A stretch of DNA of 32,000 nucleotides. It comes from Sulfolobus acidocaldarius DSM 639 (GTDB lineage Archaea > Thermoproteota > Thermoprotei_A > Sulfolobales > Sulfolobaceae). A model generated the notes under the pieces. It made no database searches. It was not told where the DNA came from and was given only the letters and a program-made list of their open reading frames with translations. The position numbers were made by a program, and so were the translations under genes. Below, piece after piece: positions 1-5,782 of this stretch (positions within the stretch are counted from its first letter, which is position 1; each line of letters opens with the position of its first letter). The stretch covers positions 30,001 to 62,000 of the forward strand of contig NC_007181.1 of the NCBI RefSeq assembly GCF_000012285.1, given 5' to 3'.

Positions 1-108
1 TATGGTAAGGAGCCTGAGGAGGTTAGAGGTACAGGAATTGCATGCCCAGTTTGTGGAGTAGAGATAGACGAATACGGTTATTGTGGATGTGGTTCGGGTT
101 CAGGGTAA
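1..108 (+). CDS. 3' end of a CDS entering from upstream of the window, with a Cys-rich (zinc-ribbon-like) C-terminus
   Basis: Frame 1 is open from base 1 to TAA at 106-108. It translates as [35 protein letters not shown] (CPVC plus CGC). It is absent from the ORF track because no start codon lies in the window. Confidence 0.4.
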   Translation, partial: YGKEPEEVRGTGIACPVCGVEIDEYGYCGCGSGSG

Positions 109-139
109 TTTTTTATCTTTGAAATCATTTTTTGATATT

Positions 140-481
140 ATGATAATATTCTATGCGGTTGGTGAAAGAGACAGAGCTAAAGAGTTAGTTAGGATAATAA
201 CTAAAACAAGATGGAAAACAGTCTCAAAACATGCGATTAAAATAGCTAGTTCATCTGTAAGTGCTTCTATAGTTCTTTTTAAACCAACAAAATCGGGATT
301 AGCTGTTGCATTATGGTTAAAGCAAAAGGCTGAAGAGTTAGGAATGATAGCATCAGTTGGTTGGTTCACGGAGATCTCTGATGTACCGCCAGACGTTGAA
401 GAAGCGGTAAAGACAGATTTAAACAAACTACTTATGAGAGAACTGGAAGTTCCCTGGTCTCCAAAAGTCGTTCAGTCTTGA
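140..481 (+). CDS. hypothetical protein (113 aa)
   Basis: This is the ORF-track frame 83..481. I prefer the in-frame ATG at 140 (MIIFYAVGERD...) because 83-108 overlaps the upstream CDS and a T/A-rich TATA-like tract at 110-122 lies about 20-30 nt upstream. Amino-acid composition is ordinary, unlike the antisense ORF 151..426. The 3' end overlaps the convergent gene by 50 nt. No family recognised. Confidence 0.4.
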   Translation: MIIFYAVGERDRAKELVRIITKTRWKTVSKHAIKIASSSVSASIVLFKPTKSGLAVALWLKQKAEELGMIASVGWFTEISDVPPDVEEAVKTDLNKLLMRELEVPWSPKVVQS

Positions 482-2177
482 CTTGTAACGTCTCATCACT
501 CTTTGTGATTATTACATAGTCCACTATTCCATTCAGGTACTTTAGTACTCTTGAGAACCTCTTCTGGTCGAATGTCATAAATGACTCATCAATTATGAAG
601 AATGGCGCTTTGAAGTATTCCTTCAGCCCTACTAGAATAAGTATTAAAGCTAACGTGGTTTTTTCTGATGTTGACAGTCTTCTTAACTCCATGGTTACTC
701 CATCTTTCTTTATTACTAATCTATACTTTTCATCTATCTCAGCAGTATAATTGAACTCTAATTCTTTCAATATACTATTCGATAATGTCTCAAATTCTTC
801 CTTAACTACAGTTAATCTTCTTATATACTCTCTATTTATATCATCTATCTGTTTGTTTATATCATCTATTTGCTTCTTAAGGCTTTCAATCTCCTCTGCA
901 ACCTTCTTAGGAATACCTAACTGCTGTAATTGAAGTTCTAAATCACTTCTCCTCTTTCTCAGTTCTTCAATTCTCTTGTCAATGTCATTATCTTTGCTCT
1001 CGACCTCATAAGTAGATTCTACTCTTTCTTCTAAACTCTTTAATTGTTTCTGCAAAGCCTCAATTGTTCTGTTTATTACACTTGCCTCAATATTCAGATT
1101 TTCCAGCGCTTTACTCTTTTGCGCAATTAACTCCTCAGTTCTTTCTATTTCTTTTACTTTCTGTAATAACTCGCTTCTTCTCATTTTTTTCTTGTTGATG
1201 TTGTTTATGATGTCATTCTTTGTACGGTCTAATTCATTAATATCCTTCTTTACGGTTTCAAACCTAACTTTCCATAAATCTGGCTCTACTTTACTTCCAC
1301 AAACTGGACACATACTGGAGTGTATTCTCTCCGCTTCTTGTATATCTTGTAATATTCTAGTTAATACACCTTGTTCAATCTCTATTGAGTTCTGTCTGTT
1401 AATTAGTGAGTCTAACTCTCTATCTATCTCCTGAATTTCTTTTGTTAATTTATCCTTTAATTCAATGTTAGCTTTTCCCTTAAGTTCCTCTAACTCTTGG
1501 GTTAGTTTTTGTATTTTAGTTTCTTTTTCTTTCAATTCTTTAATTTTAGCCTGTATACGTTCCCTTATTTCAACTATTCTATTCTGTCTTGTTATCTTTA
1601 TGGTCTGTTCCGTCTGTACCGTCACATTTTCCTTTTCCTTTTCGAGCCTTTCAATTTCCAGATTTATGTTCTCTAATTCATTAGCAATTTTCTTTATATC
1701 GTCATAAGTTCTCAAAAGATTGTTGTAGTTGCTCTTTACCTCTTCCAATTTCATGATCAGACTCTCTCTTCTTCGCTTTAACTCATCAATTCTTGATGTC
1801 GAAGATATAAACCACTCTATATTTTCGTCTCCTGTTATTATCCTGGCTATCAATGGGTTTTCAGGTGAGAAGTATGATAGTAATGTTGCGTTCTTGTCAT
1901 CGGCTATTAAATTCTTTTCTTCTAAAATTCTATTTTTTATTCTCTTTAGCCTTCTAAAATATTTCTTGCCGTCCATTTCAATCTCTACAAAACCTTCATC
2001 ACTAAATACATTCAAAAGATCCTCAGCTGTAATTTCGTTGGTCAATAAGGATACTAGGGCTTTCGACAGTGAGGTTTTACCGTAAGCGTTAGGCGCTCTG
2101 TATATAGTAATGCCTTTCTCTAGCGATAATACTAGCTCTCTATTTATACCACCAATATTTAATATTCTAACTTGCAT
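432..2177 (-). CDS. Rad50/SMC-superfamily ATPase paralogue (581 aa) with a central CxxC hook-like motif
   Basis: Walker A-like RAPNAYGKTS lies near the N-terminus and is followed by long E/K/I/L-rich coiled-coil sequence. CPVC sits at residues 290-293 of 581. The C-terminal head carries LSTSEKTTLAL (signature-like) and FFIIDESF (Walker B). I place the start at ATG 2177 (MQVRILNIGG..., typical SMC/Rad50 N-terminus) rather than the GTG at 2186, because a TATA-like box lies at 2201-2212. Confidence 0.8.
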   Translation of the reverse strand: MQVRILNIGGINRELVLSLEKGITIYRAPNAYGKTSLSKALVSLLTNEITAEDLLNVFSDEGFVEIEMDGKKYFRRLKRIKNRILEEKNLIADDKNATLLSYFSPENPLIARIITGDENIEWFISSTSRIDELKRRRESLIMKLEEVKSNYNNLLRTYDDIKKIANELENINLEIERLEKEKENVTVQTEQTIKITRQNRIVEIRERIQAKIKELKEKETKIQKLTQELEELKGKANIELKDKLTKEIQEIDRELDSLINRQNSIEIEQGVLTRILQDIQEAERIHSSMCPVCGSKVEPDLWKVRFETVKKDINELDRTKNDIINNINKKKMRRSELLQKVKEIERTEELIAQKSKALENLNIEASVINRTIEALQKQLKSLEERVESTYEVESKDNDIDKRIEELRKRRSDLELQLQQLGIPKKVAEEIESLKKQIDDINKQIDDINREYIRRLTVVKEEFETLSNSILKELEFNYTAEIDEKYRLVIKKDGVTMELRRLSTSEKTTLALILILVGLKEYFKAPFFIIDESFMTFDQKRFSRVLKYLNGIVDYVIITKSDETLQVKTERLLETRELPVLS

Positions 2178-2200
2178 TATGCACACGTTAGACTTCTTTA

Positions 2201-2212
2201 CTTAAAAATATT
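2201..2212 (-). promoter_or_regulatory. TATA-like box for the Rad50-paralogue gene
   Basis: The minus strand reads AATATTTTTAAG, 24-35 nt upstream of ATG 2177. This spacing is typical of leaderless Sulfolobus transcripts. Confidence 0.4.
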
Positions 2213-2385
2213 ACTCTCGAAACTCGGAGTTTGTTCTATGTTTTCAATCATATTATTATATTTTTTAAAAAGTAAAAATTCATTTGTATCAGAAAGTGTA
2301 TACTCACTCCATGTCAAAAGTTAGGGAGTTATGAATGATATTCACTTCAAATAAAATTTTGTTTCACTAAATTTAAAATAAGATT

Positions 2386-3312
2386 ATGGCTAAAAGAAAA
2401 GTCATATTCGACAGTGATACAGCAAGTGATGATACCATAGCACTTATGTTAGCATCAGATTTTTTTGAAGTAAAAGGAGTCACAATAGTAGCAGGTAACG
2501 TGAAATTTGAGAATGAAATTAGAAATGCCCTATTTACCTTAGAGTATTCTGGACTATCCGATATACCCGTATTTGTAGGAAGCAACAGACCAATTTTGGG
2601 TAAGTGGCGGACGGTGGAGGAAGTTCATGGTAAGAATGGAATGGGTGACTGGAAGATTTCTGAGCCCACTAAAAAACCAGAGAGTGAGCATGCTATAGAT
2701 GCCATAATAAGGCTTTCAAAAGAATATAATGGAGAGCTTGAAATCCTTGCGGTTTCACCTTTAACAAATCTGGCTCTTGCATATCTAAAAGACCATGATT
2801 TGGTGAAAAGAATTAGGAAGGTTTGGATAATGGGTGGGGCATTTTCCAAGGGCAATACTACTCCCCTAGCAGAGTTTAACTTCTGGGTTGATCCTGAGGC
2901 TGCAAATATCGTAGTTTCAGCTGGGTTTGATATAACAGTGGTACCCTGGGAAGTAACAGAGGAGTCTGCAACAATTTATGACAATGAATGGGAAAAAATT
3001 GAAAAATTGGGAAATAGAAGGTCGGAGTTTTTTATAAATGTAAACAGGGTTTTGCGGGAATATTCCAAATCTGTGGGATCTAAAGGGAGTGTTCATCCAG
3101 ACTCTTTAACCGTCTCAATTGCATATGATAATAGTTTAGCTCTATCATATGTCTACAAGAGTATATCTGTTGAGACATGTTCCGATTCAAGAGGGGCTAT
3201 GCTAGTTGATTGGTATAACCAGTTTAAGGATAGAAATTCAATACAAATAGTACTTAAGGCTGACGAAAAGAAGTTTAAGCAATACCTTTTTGATTATCTT
3301 TCCCGAGCTTAG
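2386..3312 (+). CDS. nucleoside hydrolase (inosine/uridine-preferring, IUNH family)
   Basis: The N-terminal [15 protein letters not shown] matches the DxDxxxDD fingerprint of IU-nucleoside hydrolases. Length (308 aa) and the internal [10 protein letters not shown] motif fit the family. Confidence 0.85.
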   Translation: MAKRKVIFDSDTASDDTIALMLASDFFEVKGVTIVAGNVKFENEIRNALFTLEYSGLSDIPVFVGSNRPILGKWRTVEEVHGKNGMGDWKISEPTKKPESEHAIDAIIRLSKEYNGELEILAVSPLTNLALAYLKDHDLVKRIRKVWIMGGAFSKGNTTPLAEFNFWVDPEAANIVVSAGFDITVVPWEVTEESATIYDNEWEKIEKLGNRRSEFFINVNRVLREYSKSVGSKGSVHPDSLTVSIAYDNSLALSYVYKSISVETCSDSRGAMLVDWYNQFKDRNSIQIVLKADEKKFKQYLFDYLSRA

Positions 3313-3697
3313 AACAATTCGCTACAGTGACTATGTTTAGGCTTTTCACATCAATTCCTTTTTCAATTAATTGTTTATATACCTGGTCAAGATTAATATC
3401 GACGTCAATTATTGTATTTAGATCCTCACAATAAACATTTACGTGCAGGTCCCTCTTCATTTCGTACCAAGTAACTCCTCCTACCTCAAAGGAGTTCAAT
3501 AGACCAGCCTTTTCTAGGGCATTTAACGTATTGTAAACTGTCGATAAGCTTATTGTCGGTTCTATTTTTTTCAATTCGTTGTAAATCTGCTCTCCATTGA
3601 AATGTCCTCCATTATGGACTAGTTTAAGTATTGATATTCTTTGTGGGGTCGCTTTCAATCCGTGTGTTCTCAGCACATTTATGATTTCTGCTTCCAT
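3275..3697 (-). CDS. Fur-family transcriptional regulator
   Basis: The winged-helix region [14 protein letters not shown]...[13 protein letters not shown]...[19 protein letters not shown] matches the Fur/PerR/Zur DNA-binding domain pattern. Only two Cys are present (YCEDL, NCSKL), at positions where Fur proteins usually have CxxC pairs. The gene overlaps the convergent hydrolase gene by 38 nt. Confidence 0.8.
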   Translation of the reverse strand: MEAEIINVLRTHGLKATPQRISILKLVHNGGHFNGEQIYNELKKIEPTISLSTVYNTLNALEKAGLLNSFEVGGVTWYEMKRDLHVNVYCEDLNTIIDVDINLDQVYKQLIEKGIDVKSLNIVTVANCSKLGKDNQKGIA

Positions 3698-4207
3698 CGT
3701 GTTATATAGGAACTCCGTAGAATTTAAAATTATTTTTTTCTCGGTACTCAGAATTATTTTAAAAATAATTTAAGTGATTTCAAATGTTTATTGGATAATA
3801 TTTTATTTCAATATAATACTCTATGTAAACCTCTAAGAATTCACAGTTTCAATGTAACAATCATGATTTTTTATATATAAAAACAACTGATATAATCTAG
3901 GAGATACATAGAATATATATTAAATATTGACATACACTGTAAATATATTTAATTTAACTTTTTGTTTATTAAAAAATCTAAAATCTATGAGTATACACTA
4001 TACTAAAAAACAAAGGTTTTGAGACTATTAGACTTTGATATGAAAATCACATGAATATGGATTTAAGGTAAAAGCTATTTTTCAGGGAAGGAATTATTTT
4101 CCTTAAAAATTACTAAATATTCATTCAAAAACTAGAATAAAAAGGGTATGGTGCTAAATTAAGTATATTTTAAGTGTAGTATTTTGATAAAATATTTGTA
4201 ATATTGG

Positions 4208-4215
4208 TATATAAG
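4208..4215 (+). promoter_or_regulatory. TATA box for the 4242 gene
   Basis: TATATAAG lies 27-34 nt upstream of ATG 4242. Confidence 0.4.
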
Positions 4216-4241
4216 GCTGAGACGCGTTATAATTATATTAG

Positions 4242-4703
4242 ATGGAGCGGTTCAGAGAACTTTTAATTGATCTGTCTGTCTCACCTAAAATACAAAACTA
4301 TGAGCAAATAATTCAAGAAGGAAACAGGAAAAAGTATTCTTGCGGTAACTTCTATGAAGGAAAATGCAGAAAATATCTGGTAAATTCAGAAGCACCAGCA
4401 TTATGGATTTCAAATAACGAGATGGACCCACATCCAATTTTATGTTATATATGTCCCTATTTTTCTTTAAGACAAGATGATAGTAGAAGGGTAGCCTTCG
4501 ATCTGTTTGAGATCTTACTTTACTATGAAAGTCTAGGAGAACAAATAGAGAAGGAGTTAATAATTATGGATCAGAAGACTTCCCTTTCAAACCAGAATTT
4601 TTACATCAGAAGACGAAGAGAGGAACTAATTCACTTACTTGAGGAGACAAGATCTAAACTACGTATAAGTAAATTGTTGATCCAAATACTGTTTAAAAAA
4701 TAA
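4242..4703 (+). CDS. hypothetical Cys4 protein (153 aa)
   Basis: An ATG-initiated ORF with its own TATA box. It has four Cys arranged CGNFYEGKC ... CYIC, then a helical, charged C-terminal half. No family recognised. Confidence 0.5.
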   Translation: MERFRELLIDLSVSPKIQNYEQIIQEGNRKKYSCGNFYEGKCRKYLVNSEAPALWISNNEMDPHPILCYICPYFSLRQDDSRRVAFDLFEILLYYESLGEQIEKELIIMDQKTSLSNQNFYIRRRREELIHLLEETRSKLRISKLLIQILFKK

Positions 4704-4708
4704 TTGTC

Positions 4709-4756
4709 GGTCCTCTGCTCATAGCGACCTGACAGTCCTACTTGCAGAGGCGATCC
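4709..4756. other. GC-rich hairpin island between convergent gene ends (possible bidirectional terminator or small structured RNA)
   Basis: CCTCTGC (4712-4718) pairs with GCAGAGG (4744-4750), and GG (4709-4710) can pair with CC (4755-4756). On the minus strand the hairpin is followed by AUUAUUUUUU (complement of 4695-4704), downstream of the nurA stop. Confidence 0.35.
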
Positions 4757-4783
4757 TGCCAAATAATTATTTGTGAAAACTAC

Positions 4784-5782
4784 TTAATAAAATTGGCTAG
4801 GCCACCAACTTATGTCTTTTCTTTTCATCTCAAGAATGCTGTAAATTCTCTCTCTATCCTCTTTACCAACCCTCACATCCTTATGAACCTTTATAAGCGG
4901 ATAAGGATATCCCTTCAGAGAAACGGGTTTTAGAACCTTTAAATACTCAAATATTTTGTCGGCATTGAAGAAATCTAATCTAAATAATCTTTCAGAAGGT
5001 TCTAATCTTAAATTCGTAAAATAGTAGTTTAAGCCTGATAACAATTTACTAGCCTTCCTTGATAAAATGTAATTTTCATCTATTTTCTTTTCTAGAATCT
5101 TTGAATAACCACAATTCTGCGTGAACAACTCTAGAATAGTTATATCGGAATAAGCCTGTTTGAATAAATCACTAGACTTACTGTTCTTAGAGATAAACAA
5201 TAGTTTATCTTTATATCTTGATACTAGTTCAGATAAAACTAATTGATTTTCAGCAATAAGGAATCTTAACATGTTATCTTCATCTTTTTCTTCCAATGAT
5301 AGTATCTTATCAATGCTAACTATATCATCTAATAAATCTACTTTCAATTCCGATTTATGCCTTCCTAATTTTTTACTAAAACTTCCATCTAGAAGAACAT
5401 AGTCAACATTTTCTACTAGTTTTAGTGCCAATTGTAATTCTAGCAGTTGCATCAATAATTCTATTCTTTCCTTGGCGTAATTACCTGGACTAAAAATATG
5501 AACTAATACCTTACCCTCACTATTTATTTCGTTTATTCCTTCAAATACTATCGCTTTAGCATTTACTATAAATATGACACCTTGCCTCGTTTCCTTAACC
5601 CACATACCTCCATCTATAGCCAATAACTTCTTACTATGTTCAACACTTTCAGGAGAGTAATTAATCCACAGTTCATTAAGAATACTTTCTACACTCTCGC
5701 TTAATTCCTTGTGTATTGTATAGGAATCCCTCATTATTTTCTCCTTCATTTTGATTAGTTCTTCATATGCCTTATCTATCAT
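4784..5782 (-). CDS. nurA: NurA 5'-3' nuclease
   Basis: NurA-type motifs LLAIDGG and YVLLDGSF are present. It is the last gene of the herA-mre11-rad50-nurA order, and its start overlaps the rad50 stop by 11 nt. Confidence 0.9.
   Translation of the reverse strand: MIDKAYEELIKMKEKIMRDSYTIHKELSESVESILNELWINYSPESVEHSKKLLAIDGGMWVKETRQGVIFIVNAKAIVFEGINEINSEGKVLVHIFSPGNYAKERIELLMQLLELQLALKLVENVDYVLLDGSFSKKLGRHKSELKVDLLDDIVSIDKILSLEEKDEDNMLRFLIAENQLVLSELVSRYKDKLLFISKNSKSSDLFKQAYSDITILELFTQNCGYSKILEKKIDENYILSRKASKLLSGLNYYFTNLRLEPSERLFRLDFFNADKIFEYLKVLKPVSLKGYPYPLIKVHKDVRVGKEDRERIYSILEMKRKDISWWPSQFY

Noticed and set aside
151-426. Minus-strand ORF 151..426 as an alternative to the plus-strand ORF 140..481
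   Set aside because: It is shorter, Ser/Thr/Ala-rich and has no upstream promoter-like box. The plus-strand frame has ordinary composition and a TATA-like tract. Neither frame is strongly supported.
751-2085. Plus-strand ORFs 751..933, 1192..1434, 1465..1707 and 1729..2085 inside the Rad50-paralogue gene
   Set aside because: Their translations are S/F/L/I-rich low-complexity strings, which is the expected antisense reading of a Glu/Lys-rich coiled-coil gene. They have no motifs and are fully nested in a much better minus-strand CDS.
2426-2432. C-box-like heptamers inside coding regions (for example GUGAUGA at 2426-2432, AUGAUGA at 15995-16001 and 24887-24893, and several minus-strand tcatcac/tcatcat sites)
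   Set aside because: I checked each for CUGA at 12-nt spacing and for a second C'/D pair within about 60 nt, and none has them. The heptamers are explained by Asp/Glu-rich codons (for example SDD, YDE).
3698-4241. AT-rich gap as a replication origin or CRISPR leader
   Set aside because: There is no adjacent cdc6/orc1 or whiP-like gene. I could not recognise repeated origin-recognition-box-like elements, and there are no CRISPR repeats anywhere in the window. The known S. acidocaldarius origins are associated with those initiator genes.
4705-4760. GC-rich island as an H/ACA sRNA, C/D sRNA or tRNA fragment/att site
   Set aside because: The 25-nt loop is too small for a pseudouridylation pocket plus an upper stem and K-turn, although an ACA follows the stem on the minus strand. 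There is a single CUGA and no C box. There is no T-arm-like GTTCRA sequence. I keep it only as a generic hairpin or terminator candidate.
4742-4933. ORF 4742..4933 (+)
   Set aside because: It starts inside the GC-rich hairpin and runs antisense through the nurA 3' end. The start codon is non-ATG and no motif is present.
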